From Octopus sinensis (lineage: Eukaryota): 64,000 nucleotides of DNA. Location of the stretch: positions 19,716,001-19,780,000 of the forward strand of contig NC_043022.1 in the NCBI RefSeq assembly GCF_006345805.1, read 5' to 3'. The position numbers and the translations under genes were made by a program. The notes below the pieces were generated by a model that saw nothing but the letters and a program-made list of their open reading frames with translations, searched no databases and was not told the origin of the DNA. Of the stretch, positions 12,704 to 27,482 are shown piece by piece; the stretch's first letter is position 1; each line of letters begins with the position of its first letter.

Positions 12704-13537
12704 GGATCTTTTCGGTTTGAACGGCAGTTTTTCTCTAGCGGTATCATATGAAATTGTCACCCATAATTATGACCCTAGTATCGATCTATTGCATTTCAAT
12801 CTGTTTTAGGGTTAGTGTTAGGGGTTGGGGGAAGGGTATCTTTTTTTCTTCACAAATGCACAGGCGCAGGAGTGGCTGTGTGGTAAGTAGCTTGTTTACC
12901 AACCACATGGTTCCGGGTTCAGTCCCACTGCGTGGCATCTTGGGCAAGTGTCTTCTGCTATAGCCCCGGGCCGACCAATGCCTTGTGAGTGGATTTGGTA
13001 GACAGAAACTGAAAGAAGCCTGTCGTATATATGTATATATATATATGTATATGTGTGTGTGTTTGTGTGTCTGTGTTTGTCCCCCTAGCATTGCTTGACA
13101 ACCGATGCTGGTGTGTTTACGTCCCCGTAACTTAGCGGTTCGGCAAAAGAGACCGATAGAATAAGTACTGGGCTTACAAAGAATAAGTCCCGGGGTTGAT
13201 TTGCTCGACTAAAGGCGGTGCTCCAACATGGCCGCAGTCAAATGACTGAAACAAGTAAAAGAGTAAAAGACTAAATGTAAATAAGCCCAATCTGTTTCTT
13301 AAACGAGGGACATATTCATATGGCACAGAATGTTTTCACCTCAAATAGACGTCATTGATTGGTTGAAATTGCAGAAATTGAAGAAAAACAACAACAAATA
13401 TCTTACAAACTATAGAATTTTCTCAATAAAGCCAAAAGAAAAAGATGTTTTATAAACACATTCTACCAGTATACGAAGTTTAAAAGTGTTTAGTTACGTG
13501 GAAATTATTTTTAAAAACTGTCGGTCAAACCGAAAAG
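12704..13537. mobile_element. Same MITE, reverse orientation, split by a SINE (12862-13268)
   Basis: Both halves match 11418-11845 in reverse complement. Confidence 0.8.
12862..13268 (+). mobile_element. tRNA-derived SINE family B (~400 bp, internal TA/TG microsatellite)
   Basis: A/B-box head, ccttgggcaagtgtctt core, and ggtgctccagcatggccgcagtcaaatgactgaaac tail. Other copies at about 6013-6417, 8349-8748, 9826-10055(-), 16140-16430(-), 41690-41912 and 45700-45845, plus many fragments. Confidence 0.85.
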
Positions 13538-13649
13538 TGTTTTAATCTTGATCATATGATCACAAAATTTTTGTTGAAAGAAATGATTGGATTTAGTGCC
13601 AAGAAATAAGCAGAAACACAGACACATTGTCTCGTAAAATTCTGTTTTG

Positions 13650-13775
13650 AAATATTTATCATAGTGGAGACAATCCTGCTTCCAGCAGTTACAAAGGCAA
13701 CGAGTGCAGGCGGGGGGTCCTTACATGCCTTTCATTGACATCAGATATGGCAGCAGATAATATTTGCCAAGTGTG
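13650..13775 (+). mobile_element. hAT (Buster/Charlie-like) transposase remnant
   Basis: VETILLPAV and DMAADNICQV in nearby frames resemble ETLILPA...IDDMS.DI..QV. Confidence 0.35.
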
Positions 13776-14049
13776 ACTCCAAAAAAAAAAAAAGACCATA
13801 TGAGTAAGTATATACGTATTTGTGTATGTATTGTACATAAATGTGTAGATTAAAAAACAGAATGGTGACATCAATCTGTAATTGTAGATTCCTAATTGAT
13901 GATTAAACATTTGATCTATCATCACTGACGTTGCACAACGCATAATCCCCATCAACCCTCGACCCCATTTACGCTACCAACCAACCGACGCAACTCCGCA
14001 ATCATGTTTTATACTCCTATATATATATATATAATATATATATAGATAT

Positions 14050-14081
<32 letters not shown>

Positions 14082-14155
14082 GTATGTATGTAGTATGTGT
14101 GTGTGTGTTTAAATGTACACTGTATTTATATTTATATATATATATATATATATCC

Positions 14156-14197
<42 letters not shown>

Positions 14198-14264
14198 TTG
14201 TGTGTGTATGTGTGTGTATGTACTTGTATACTACGTGCATATGTGTATATATGTATGTATAGCT

Positions 14265-14533
<269 letters not shown>

Positions 14534-15346
14534 CATCCGCTAATTTGATTGTAGGGATTAAGAACGTTATCTATTTCATCGGATCTTTACCTTTAGACCG
14601 ACAGATTTTATATATATGTATATATATATATACACACACACTCACACACACACACACACACACACACATATGTATATATTATATATATATATATTATAGA
14701 AAGATATATATATATATATATCTGTAATTACACATATATACATGCATATGTACACACACTCTCTCTCTCTCTCTCTTTCTCTCTCTCCCCCCTCTCTCTC
14801 TCTGTCTGAGATAAACTTATCTGTGATAAACTAATTTGATTCTTGAGATGAAGATTATGTTTTTATTCCCTTTCGGTCGTATCTTATTACTTCCCAAATT
14901 ATCAAACTTCTTTGCGTTTTTTCCTTTTTCTCTTTCATCTCAACTTCTTAATGTCCCTTTGTTTTTTTTGCTTATCATAATTACATTTGCACTGTCTTTC
15001 TCAGAATCTTATTAAGACAGAGTCTTATTTCATAATAAGGGTTGTTTGATCTTCGATCACAACGCATCCCATCACTCAAAATTTGTGTCTTCCCATCCTT
15101 CCTAACCCCTGTTTCTCTCTCATCTGTCCTTTTACTCTCAAGGGATTCTACCATCTCTCAAGGCTCCTACTATGGAAAAATAAATAAAATCGTTACTTGC
15201 TGAGGTTTAGAAATATCTTAACCATATCAGTAAGGCTGTTCCTATCCCGAACGTTACCAACCACCACCACCACCACCACTACTACTATATCTTTCACTAC
15301 ATAGAATCAATGCTAATAACATTACCACTACTGGTATCACCGAGGT

Positions 15347-15377
<31 letters not shown>

Positions 15378-15424
15378 GTCGCCGCCGCCGCTGCTGTTGC
15401 TGCTGCTACGGCTGCTGCTGCTGC

Positions 15425-16150
15425 TATGGAGGATCCTGGAAGACTGGTCGGGCTGATGATGGCCTTGTACGCCCGAACAGACAATGCAGTTCAGTTCAAA
15501 TTGGGGGCTCGTCATCTGACTTTTTCCCCAGTTAGATCTGGGGTCCGTCAGGGTTGTGTCTTGGCCCCTACTCTGTTCAATGCTCACATGGATTGGATAC
15601 TTGGCCGAATGGTGGCTCGATCGTGTTGTGAGGCACTCATTGGCAAAACTAGGATTACTGAACTACAGAACTACATTTTGCTGATGATGATGCAGTTATT
15701 ATTGCCGGATTTTTGGATGTCTTAAGTAGCGTTCTTCTTTCAGTGATTGAGCAAGAGGAACCATTTGGCCTTAGAGTCTCTTCGTTCAAGATAGAGATCC
15801 AGTCCTTCCTTTGGTTCTTGGAGGATTTCATATCGTCTGTCTCTGTTGCGAGTAACAATGTCAAAGTTGTTGACAGCTTCACATATCTCGGTAGTGAGAT
15901 TCATAGGAGCATTGGTTGCAAGTCTGAAGTCCTAAAAAGACTTGGGCGAACTGGTGCGTTTGTGGACTCATTGGACAAGGGTGTTTGGCGCTGCCATATC
16001 TGAGCAGGAGGACAAAGGTTCGTGTTTTTAGGTTTCTGGTCCTCCCTGTCCTGGTCTATGGTTATAAGATTTTGACACTGTCCGGGGTCCTCAGAAGCCA
16101 CCTCAACTCCTTCGGTAACAGGACGCTTCGCAGGATTATGGGTTGTCAAG
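15425..16150 (+). mobile_element. RTE-clade LINE reverse transcriptase fragment (frameshifted)
   Basis: SGVRQGCVLAPTLFNAHMDWILGR, FADD-like ttttgctgatgatg, VVDSFTYLGSEI and LSRRTKVRVFR..VLPVLVYG spread across several frames. Confidence 0.85.
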
Positions 16151-16245
16151 CGATGGTTGGGGGTAGAAGCACAGATACAAACACTTACATACATACATAC
16201 ATACATACATATATACATACATATATACATACATACATACATACA

Positions 16246-16279
<34 letters not shown>

Positions 16280-16445
16280 CATACACACACACACACACAT
16301 ACATATATATATATATGGCTTTGTTCGGCTGAGGGCTATAGTAGACACTTGCCCATGGTGTCATGCAGTGGGACTGAACACGGAACCATTTGTTTGGTAA
16401 GCAAGCTTCCTACTACACAGCCACGCCTGCGCCTATACATGCGTG

Positions 16446-16502
<57 letters not shown>

Positions 16503-17575
16503 GTGCGTGCGTGTGCGCGCGCGTGTATGTGTATATACATATATATTCATATACATATAGGAATACACGTGCAAACATATTTATACTCGAGGTCTGTCTG
16601 CATCATATTCGTTACAAAACTTCATTCACAAGACTCTAACCAACCCAAGGATGTGATAGACGTCATTAGTTTTAAGGTGCAGCGCGAACTCGTGAATTAC
16701 AGAAACAATTGACACATATTCATTAACTAGAGTTTAGGCGAATGGATCGATGATATATGTCGATAGACTTTGGTGCTTAATAAAATATAAATAATTGAAA
16801 CATAAACTTTATTCAATGCTAAATGTCTGGCTTTTAAATTGCTATCATATCACTCTCACGTTGTATTTATTTATATATGAATGATTATGTATGTATGTGT
16901 GTATAAAAAGTATGTATGTAAATGTATGTATTATGTACGCAGATGTATGTCAGACTGATTTAATATAAACAGTTAGCATTCAAATAAAGAATTATGAAAA
17001 AAAACAAACTTAATTATTTAATTTTCTTTATATTCCTAATTAAAGACAATATCGAACTAAATTAGCTGATGAGAAGCCTTTTGGCACCAATATTTTAGAA
17101 ACATACACATGGGCACACAAAAACACATATATACACGACCCTACGCCCACACATGATGTACGTATATACATACATACGGACACTCAGACGCACACACGCT
17201 CGCGCGCACACACGCACACACACAGGCAAATGCATATGCATATTGATGCGTTTATATCTGTATGTACGCGTGTGAGATTTGTAGTACAAAGTGGATGAAT
17301 ACAACTCAGTGCATGTGTATGTGAGTGTGTATATGTATATACATACGTACATACATACATACGTACATACATACATGCATGCATACTATATATATATATA
17401 TATATGATCGCTAAATACTATATATATATATATATGTATTTATATATATATTATATATATATATATATAAAATAATGAGGGAGATAAATTAATATTAATT
17501 TTAACATCAATTTAAAACCAGTAGTCCAGCATACAAAAAATCTGAGAAGTCAGAGAAAATTCTAATATATGTGTA

Positions 17576-17975
17576 TATTGGCAGGGCTGGACTGCTAGTT
17601 AGTCGGCCGTATGCTAGAAACAGATCATCAACGATCAAAAATTTGTAATTTATCCCTAATGTAATCGGTAAAATTAAGCACGTGTCTGTCTTGGCACAGA
17701 AAGCTGGGGTTAGTTTTTTCAGTTTGCATTCACACGGAACGAATGCACTGATGAAGCCACGGACATTTGAATTATGTAAGTAATTCTTTTGTTAAAGTCC
17801 GAAACCGAGGTATGCATTTAATTCTGTTTTTTCATATAAATTTTCATCTTTCCTGCCCGCCAAATTTGGTTCTGGTGTTCGCTGAATTTTTCCTCTAGAG
17901 AATTTCCTTTGTAGTTTGATCGTTGATGATCTGTTTCTAGCATACGGCCGACTGCCTAGCAGTCCAGCCCTGCCA

Positions 17976-17978
<3 letters not shown>
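17576..17978. mobile_element. ~400-bp element with 64-bp terminal inverted repeats enclosing an HHR
   Basis: 17576-17639 is the reverse complement of 17915-17978 with 2 mismatches. Flanked by TA/CA microsatellite. Confidence 0.75.
17742..17818 (+). ncRNA. Type I hammerhead ribozyme motif (variant with 6-nt insertion before helix II)
   Basis: AATGCA(17742-47)-CTGATGA(17748-54)-AGCCAC-GGAC...GTCC(17761-64/17797-800)-GAAA-CCGAGG-TA|TGCATT(17813-18). Helix I is 6 bp, helix III is ACC/GGT, predicted cleavage after GUA at 17812. Confidence 0.7.
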
Positions 17979-18031
<53 letters not shown>

Positions 18032-18970
18032 CGAAATTGCGAGGATGATCCGGTTCTTGACTGAAGATTGAAGGCTTCGTGTTTTTTGTATCGTCTTCTA
18101 AATGTTTTGCGTTCTTATCCCAGTTTGTGTCTTTTTACATATATATATATATAGTATTTAGCGATTATCATGTTGCTAGTTTAGCCAATTAAAACACACG
18201 CACTATATATTTGGTGTCCGCTTGCTTCAGCTTTCTTTTATATTAATTGCATTTCGGCCAGAGTTCTTCCGTAACACTTCTGTAACCTCATCAGTGGTCC
18301 TTTGCTTTCTTCTTTCTTTTTTTGTGTGTGTTTCCTTACTAATGGCTGATCATTAGTAAGGAGAGATACACAAAAATTGTTCACGATATAACAATTTTTA
18401 AACAGTGAATCCCCTTTCTTGCTTTTATCTTTTATTAAAATTTTTATTAAAATTTACTATTATAGTGAAGGCAGAGGTATTGTTTTCAGTCGTATTTGTT
18501 TGTTTGTTTGTCCGTGGACAAGATATCTCAAGAACCGCTCAAGATGGATTCGGATGAAACTTTCAGGGATGTTTGGCCTAGTGACTTGGGATCGATCAGG
18601 TAGCAGACAAGGATTCTGGATTATTTTTCCGGTTTTTAAAATTTAATTTCAGGGAGCGATCGGGTTCATCTTTAATATTCTCGTTTGTGAGACCCGTCTA
18701 GTTTGTTTTTTTTTTCCGATATTCTCATCTTAAAAATCATCTCTGGCTAATCGCTGAGAGCACGTTGTTGTTGCTTTGGCGGAGCTGAATGCTCTTGTTA
18801 TATACTACTTTTTGGAACGACGTGGTTATTTTGGCAGAAATCTGGTTTAAGCACCCCATCTAATCCCTTATAACGTTTTTTTTTTTTTTTTTTTTTGGAA
18901 TTTCAGAAAAATTTTGCGAATTTATGTTCTACACACGGAAGTTTATACGATTATGGTGTGTGATGTAACA

Positions 18971-19495
18971 GCGATTAAGCTATTATTTTTAGCACAACTC
19001 ACGACTACCTAATACCTATTTCTTTACTACCCACAAGGGGCTAAACACAGAGAGGACAAACAAGGACAGACAAACGGATTAAGTCGATTATATCGACCCC
19101 AGTGCGTAACTAGTACTTATTTAATCGACCCCGAAAGGATGAAAAGCAAAGTTGACCTCGGCGGAATTTGAACTCAGAACGTAGCGGCAGACGAAATACG
19201 GCTACGCATTTCGCCCGGCGTGCTAACGTTTCTGCCAGCTCGCCGCCTACCAAATGCCTTCTACGTTTCATTGTCATTTTGATATGTATTGATGTTTTTC
19301 AATATTTTTCTCCCCATTTAATGGGATGGTGATGCACCAAGGGTGATCCATTGCTGAAGTTTAAGCAAAATATTCGAACCGTCCGTATTCGGAGAGAAAA
19401 ATATTGCAAAACATCAATACATATCAAAGTGACAAAGAAGCGAGGAGGGTATCATGTGGTCATGAGTTGTGCTAAAAATGACAGCTAAATCGCCC
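18971..19495. mobile_element. Palindromic MITE-like element with a SINE inserted in its left arm
   Basis: 18971-19017 plus 19248-19317 pair with 19390-19490. The SINE is flanked by the diverged TSD ctacctaatacct/ctaccaaatgcct. Confidence 0.6.
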
Positions 19496-20254
19496 TTAAA
19501 TTACTCACTAAAAACGTTTCTATCTTTTTTTTTCTTTTTTTTTGTAATCGTATAAATTCCCGTGTGTAGAACACAAAATTCGTAAAATGCAAAAAATGTT
19601 AAAAATTATGACGGTTTATATGGGGCGCTTATTTTGTTTATTATTTTCTCATTTATTTTTCTACGGAACTCTTGAATTCTTAATCGATGTTAAAAAACTG
19701 ACACGGAGAAAGAAAAGAAAATTTAATTCGTTCGTCGTTCGTCAACATGCAAACAAAGCAAAGTTGCCTCCCCTGGAAGAAAGTTTTTATATTGAGAATT
19801 ATCGTTCTTTACGTTTAACTCCAACGTTTCATGCTTCGTCTTGTATTTATTTCAGTCATTGGACTGCGGCCATGCTGGAGCACCGCCTTGAACGGATTAG
19901 TCGAACAAATCAACTACAAATCGACTTACTTTTTTTAATTTGGTACTTATTCATTTGATTATAATACACCGAGGGAGATTTACGACTTGTCAGACACCCT
20001 AGAGCATAGGTTCTCAAAGTGGGCGCTATGCCCACACCCGGTGGGCGTTGAGAGGGTCCAGGCGCGTGCTGGTGTCTGAGGGGGCAGTAGAGAAAAAGGC
20101 GGCATTGGGAGGATGGCAGTAGATTGGGGGACGCTTATGTATTTATAATATCATTATAGTATTGCATACAAATTATATTAAATATCAAATGATTCGTAGT
20201 ATATATAAATTAGTAAAATATGAATTTTTTATTGAATGACACATTCTGGATTAC

Positions 20255-21110
20255 AGGGTGCGTGACAGACGAGATGTGCAGTGTGTTCGTGTTCTTTGTA
20301 GGGCTGAGTGTTGGACTAACCACCGCCTGGTACGTGCAAAAGTGAAATTAATCGCAAAACCTAAAATCCAGGCTGCAGGTATTACTCTGCCTAAAAGACT
20401 GAATGTTGCTCGTCTTAGGTGTAATAGTGTGAAGAGAACTTTACGAGAGGAAATGAATGTTGCAGATATTGGGGAGGACTGGCCGACCCTTAAAAAGTCA
20501 GTTTATGATAAAGGTAGGAAAGTTCTGGGATTTATATAAAGAAAGCATCAAGATTGGTTTAAAGAAAATGATGAACATATAGATGATTTATTGGTTGATA
20601 AAAGACGTACTTTGTCACGCTATTTGTCAGCAAAGCCACAGGAGAGAGATGTATTGCATAGGGAACTCAAGGATGTGAAATCACGTGTGAGGCGGGGGCT
20701 CTCTCATATGAGGGATACCTGGTGGAGTAAGAAGGCTGATAAGATACAGGTGGCGTCGGATTCCAATAACACAAGGCTGTTGTATAGTCTCTTGCGAGAA
20801 GTTTATGGACCGACTTCTCTGATGACGCCACTTCGAAGCAGGAATGGTAAAGAATTTCTTCGTGATTCACAAAAAATTCTGTGAAGGTAGCTAGAACACT
20901 TTGATGAACATTTGAATCAGCAGTCTGTAGTTAGTGAGGAAGTTCTCAACTTCATCCCTGAATTACTTTTGAGGACGACTCTCGCGAAACCACCAATGTT
21001 GGAAGAAGTTGCGGTGGCTGTCTCAAGAATGAATAATGGGAGGTCTCCGGGTATGGATGGCATACATGCGGAGTTGTTACAGCATGGCGGTGAGAAACTT
21101 CTCCCCTCCA
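20255..21110 (+). mobile_element. RTE-BovB LINE fragment (end of endonuclease to start of RT)
   Basis: ECWTNHRLVRAKVKL..KPK..KRLNVARL, KRKHQDWF, WWSKKADKIQ, PPMLEEVAVAVSRMNNGRSPGMDGIHAELLQHGG; contains stops. Confidence 0.85.
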
Positions 21111-21903
21111 GTTTTTTTCTCACTTATCCTGTCTCCAATTTTTTCGTCTCCCCATCACAGTTCTCTGCCTGTCACTCTATCTCCCTCATTCTTCCTCCCT
21201 TGCTCACTTGGTTCTCACGTGACCATCGGTCTTCTTTCTTCTCCTAATTTGTGTTTCTTTCGCTCCGTTGTAGCTGGATCAAGGAAGACGGTTTCTTGTC
21301 TGTCTCCTGTCCAAGCTTGATTTACGTGTTCGCCACCCCAAACTCGTTTAGGCTTAGCAGCCATTCCTGTTTGTTTTCACAGTCCTGTTTATGTTACCTA
21401 TTTTGACCCTCCGCAAAATCCCAAATTTTATTTAATTTGCTTTGCAAGAACAACTGTTTTATCGAAAGCGTATATTGTTGTTAAATGCTTGAAATACGAG
21501 ATTAGAAAATCAGCCAACAACTGATGAAGGGTTGTTTTTGTGTTGTTTGTCTTGTTTTCCATTTGTGTCTTTCGTTGTTCGAAAAAATGATATATATTCC
21601 ATGTACTCGTACTTCGTATTTTTTGTTGCACACGTTTCGTGACGTCTTGTACCCACATATGCCTATCCTCTTCCAAGTAAGTTTTATCTATATATGTGTG
21701 TGTGTGTGTGTGTACATCCAAACTCAGGTTTCAAAATCTTGTTGCATTTTGTACTATTTCTTTCTCTCTCTCTCTCTTTCTTTCTCTCTCTTTCTTTCTG
21801 TCTCTCTCTTTCTCTTTCTTTCTCTCTCTTTCTCTTTTTTTCTCTCTCTCCCTTTTCTTTTTCTCTCTCTCTTTCTTTCTCTCACTTTCTTTCTTTCTTT
21901 CTT

Positions 21904-21942
<39 letters not shown>

Positions 21943-22189
21943 CTTCCTTTCTTTTTGCCCAGTTTAGTTTGTTTCTTTTTTCTTTTCTTTTTTTTCTTCT
22001 TCTTTTGAATTGATCCTCTGACGATGTCGTAATCTAATCAGGCTAATTCCCCACCCCACTAGATCTAATTAATACTTTTTCATTAATTAGTAACTAGATT
22101 TATGTTCAAATACCGAAAGCTCCCAATATTTATGTAATACCAGACGGAATACCGCTGTCATATTCTTTTTCTTGCTGTTACCGCTGTTT

Positions 22190-22850
<661 letters not shown>

Positions 22851-24089
22851 ACTATGTTGTTCTACTTGTCTATTGAACTAACCCTCTAACACCCAACATC
22901 TTACACCCCACCTGGGTGGTCTCTCATGCATGACATTTCTAGTTTACACTTTTTTTTTTTTTATAAAGCTGCTGATGAAACCTGGTGGTGACATAATCAT
23001 TGATTATGTTTGGTAATTATGCTAAAGTTGCCACTTCCACAGCCACACAGTTCTCCGTCTCTCTCTCTCTCCCTCTAAGGTCGTTTGGCATCTTTAATGC
23101 GAAGCAGGCAACATTTATGCCAACACATCTCATTGTTATCGTCGAGTGCGTTTGATAGGACGTTAGACATCAATTCATCTGCCATTTGTATAGACCTATG
23201 ACCCCTTCGAGATCCTGGATACGTCAAATTTCGGGTCGATTCATATGGAGTAGAAACTTGGTCGACTTTCAGTTTGCTTTTGGGACCGTAACTATCGGGA
23301 TTATCATTGGTAAGTACAGAATGCGTTGGACTTCAACAGTTGTGATGAGGGATCACTGCTAAGTTCGTCACCATCAATTCACCGCGAAGAAAGTTCAACG
23401 CCAAGAAAGTTTACCAAGAAAATATATCCATAAGTCCTTGGGTCGCTTTGTTCGACTAAAGGTGGTGCTCCAGCATGGCAGCAGTCAAATGACTGAAACA
23501 AATAAAAGAATAATATCTCACCATTAATAGTTGAAAACTATTTCATTGAAAAATAAAGCCGTGAATTGATAACGGCAAACTTACCGAACATGGTGATCAG
23601 GACCAAAAAATGTGACATTAAACAGAAGCACCAAGCCAGACCACGCTGAGGCAAAGTGACCCATGAATATATAATGGGTTACTTCATCATTAAAACGAAA
23701 CACTTTTATAAATCCTTTAGTTTTGAGAGGATCCCATTATCTCATCCGACCAACCCAGTACCAGATTGTCGCCTTGCTTCATCTTGTTGCATCATATTTC
23801 TCTGGAGTCCTGTTTGTGATTCGACCATTTTGTTAATTCGGATGATTTTAGGCGGTTTAATCCTCCACAATTCAGATGACACATCCCATTGCAGCTCTCG
23901 CAAAGTTCTAGGGGAATGTTAACAGTAAAAGACAGGCCCTCTTTGTTGAAAGCTAAACTTTTTGAGGGAGCAGAGTTTCTTAATCAGTCACATGTCACGG
24001 TATTTTCGTATCGTAGCCAGGTGGACGCCATATAGATGCCAAACTCGCTGCTAAAATAACCCAAGAAAAAGTCACCTGACGACACAGTT

Positions 24090-25440
24090 GTTGCGTTCTC
24101 GAAGGTAAACCCACAATGAACCATTGCCTTGAACTCCATCTCAACCTGGGACCTTCCAGCTGCTCATGTTTTTGCTGATTTCCTTCACTTCCCTAACTGA
24201 AATGACTAGTTCTGCCTGTTTTGGACAGACTATTATTTGTTTCAGTTCTTGCAACCATTCAGCATCATTCTTGTGCTCCTTGTCTTTGCTCCAGATGTCA
24301 CTCCAAAAACTTTGACTTCGGCTGTTATCTGGTATCAACTTTTCATCTGTACATCCTCCATTTATTTCTTTATAGAATCTTTCCTGATCTATTCTGAATA
24401 ACCAATTCTGGTGGTAACCCTTCATTCTTTGGTCGTATCTTACCATCTTTGCAACGAGACACTGTTTCAGTTCCTCCACTGCTACTTTCAGGCCCTTTCT
24501 TTTAATATTATACTTCCTTTTTCAGCACCCTGTATTTTTGTTTGCTTTTAAGCTCCCTTTTCTCTTTTCGGTCTAACAGAGATTTCCTTCGAGAGCCTGT
24601 CTAATCCTGCCTGGATTCTTCTTTTCCACCATGGATCTTTTCTTTTGCTACTCCCATTATATTGCTTTTTCTGGACATCAACACCCAAATATTCTGCTAC
24701 AACAATACTTGCTGCCTTGATAAAATTATTTTGTTGTTCGTTCTGATGTATTTCGGAATTTCATTGACAGTTTTCGTTTCTTGGTTCAATTTCCATCGAT
24801 TAACCTTTTTAAGGTTGCAAATAATGTCGCTATCCTTCTCCTGTAGTCTTGCCTTTATTCTGTCGTAGATTGCCTTTTGCCCATCTTTCATGTCACCATT
24901 AGTTTTATTGTCTTTTTCTAAACCATCTATATGCCTCTCATCGAGTAAGCTATCACAGTTCCTTTCCTTTGGTTTATTAGAGAATCCACCTCTGTTTTCT
25001 GCTATGAGATTACTTTTATCAGTGGGAACAATAGTTTCATCGTTTCCTCTGCTGCTGTTTTCTAATACCCATCTTTTGATAGCTTTGAGCTCTACTTCTG
25101 TGAACCAACGATTTTTTCTTATTGCTCTAGCTTTATCCTATAATCCCTGTTCCGTGAGTTGAAACAATCCTCTTTCTCTCCATTGATCATACAAATGTTG
25201 TTTGTATCACCTAATATTAACACGACTTTCATCTATAGGGTTGCTCAGGTAGTAACACTCCATGTCCACAACATTGACTTGTTTTTTCCATCTACTCCGT
25301 GTGTATTGGCCCATTACTGGATAACGACAAGCTGGAATCGGACCAATATCTCTGAGCCTGTCGGGTGCAACACCGTCACCATCAAGGGCTTCAGTTTCAT
25401 TACCACCGTTATTCACAATATTTTGTTTTTTTCATTGTTA
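24090..25440 (-). mobile_element. R4/Dong-like non-LTR retrotransposon N-terminal/pre-RT fragment
   Basis: RSRWKKQVNVVDMECYYLSNP; YQNWLFRIDQERFYKEING..IPD..SQSFWSDIWS..EHKNDAEWL..SSWKVPG. Confidence 0.75.
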
Positions 25441-25560
25441 CTCATATGAGGTAGAAATTATCAGGTTGCGCAATTACCAGTGTTTTTATTGTGACACCAT
25501 CACTAGATGTATCATCAATCAGGACATGGGGAGATTCCAACTGTTTTCTTATCATCATCC

Positions 25561-25611
<51 letters not shown>

Positions 25612-26160
25612 CCACCATCTTCATCAAGGTGGTGAGCTGGTGCGATCATTAGCATGTCGGGCAAAACGCTTAGCGACATTTCGTTCGTCTTCATATTCAG
25701 AGTTCAAATTCCGCTGAGGTTGAAATTGCCGTTCATTCTTTCGGGAGGCGATAAATTAACTACCAGTTGAGCAATATGTCGATGGCAGTCGAATTAATCT
25801 CTTCCCTGAAACTGCTGACCTTGTGCCAAAATTTGAAACCGATATCATATGACAACTTATTCTAAAATGTGAAACATGTTATTGCCATTTTAACTTCCAG
25901 TTGCGAAAGAAAAAATAACACATGACTTATTTAATGACCATTAACTTATCTTTCATCACTGCACTCATTACTGGATTATATACATCAGTATTTTATCGAC
26001 AAATTGCATCAGAAACGATCTTCTGGTATTCAAGCGTATCAGCCGAGCATCTTCAATGAATGTCACAACTTGGTTAATCTCCAATGGTTATTGTACGATT
26101 GATCGTTCTGTCCACACAGTATGTAAGCAAATCTCGCTAATTAATCATACGCTTACATAT

Positions 26161-26184
<24 letters not shown>

Positions 26185-26193
<9 letters not shown>

Positions 26194-26600
26194 TGTTGGC
26201 ATCCTTTTTGTCTCGGGAGACAATGGAGTTGCGCATAAAGTAGTCTAGTCCGGCTTTTACATTTCATGTCCTGATATATTTCCTGCTGTGGCTGTGTAGT
26301 CCTATCCTGGACAAACACTTCCTCTGGCAGGTACCGCAAATGTAGCGAAGACTGTTCCTGGCTGGTTGTAATGCCATAGTTTCTTGTTGACGTCTTTTCT
26401 TGTCTTTCCATTTCTCCTCTCTCTCTCTCTGTCACTCCTTTGTATTCCCTTTCTTACGGTACGTCGCCAGTCTCCACGGTTGCCGGCAACTGCCTCCAAA
26501 CCGCTGATATTGATGTTGCAGGCCTTCATGTCCCTTTTGCAAACATCCTTGTAACGTAAGAGCGGTCTACCCACAGACCTAGTACCCCTAGCAAGCTCTC
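26185..26600 (-). mobile_element. RTE-BovB LINE 3' end with terminal zinc finger
   Basis: [44 protein letters not shown], followed by a C-x2-C...[10 protein letters not shown]-like tail. Confidence 0.85.
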
Positions 26601-26637
26601 CGTAGAGTATATATATATATATATATGCATGTACATG

Positions 26638-26772
<135 letters not shown>

Positions 26773-27344
26773 TATATATATGCGTATACATATATACATA
26801 TATACACATATTCGCTTACATGTATACACACGCACACACATACATACATATACATATCTGTTTGTGTCTATGCCAGATGGTCATGCGATTATGGTGGCTA
26901 TGCTAGGCTATAATAGAAACCCCTGTTCAATCACTGTATTTCCTGGAAATAACAGCCAAATCTTCCTCATCTCATACTTCAGCGTCTTGAAAAAGTATAC
27001 ATCGGTTAATGTAATCTTTGATTCACTATTGCTGGGTATAACTTCAAACTGCATCCGGTAGTTAGGTTCCGGTTCGTGAGTTAAAGCAGAATATTTGCTA
27101 TAACGATATTTCTGCGTCAGCAACTCAGGGCCGAATCTATCTGAAATGTAACAGAAAGTAGGTGAGTATAAAAACATTGATGTCAAGGTTACAAGAGCAA
27201 TATTTGAAGGGATTAGTAAACATTTCCTATGATTTCTAGATAGAAGCACATAAGAAATAACATTTACTGACCAAAGACAACAAGCAAATCTGTAGTGTTG
27301 AGCTGAATATTTTCTATAACAATATTTCTGCTTCAGCAGCTCAG

Positions 27345-27482
27345 TGCAAGGGGGGATAAGCATCTCCACCCAGCTAAGCCTGCACCCAGAGACTAGTTTC
27401 TGAGTCTGTGCTCGTCATCAGTCTGGAGTAGCATGGCCTGCTAGTTGGAAATGCCTAACTAGCCCTTGCAAGCATATAAGAA
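27345..27482 (-). mobile_element. 138-bp HHR cassette, copy 1
   Basis: Direct repeat of 28469-28606. Ends carry complementary TGCAAGGG/CCCTTGCA. Interrupts a ~220-bp local repeat unit. Confidence 0.65.
27385..27427 (-). ncRNA. Type I hammerhead ribozyme motif with minimal palindromic helix III
   Basis: Minus strand UCCAGA-CUGAUGA-C-GAG-CACAGA-CUC-A-GAAA-CUAGUC|UCUGGG. ACUAGU palindrome, GUC cleavage triplet, helix I 6 bp with one G-U. Confidence 0.75.

Noticed and set aside
23159-23309. Possible plus-strand exon (TAG|GAC...TTG|GTAAGT)
   Set aside because: The peptide is unrecognisable, the acceptor is weak, and no compatible partner exons were found.
23790-23960. Minus-strand C-x2-C-x4-H-x2-C motif (PHD-like remnant)
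   Set aside because: Incomplete finger ending in a stop; at best a decayed retroelement ORF1 piece, so not annotated.
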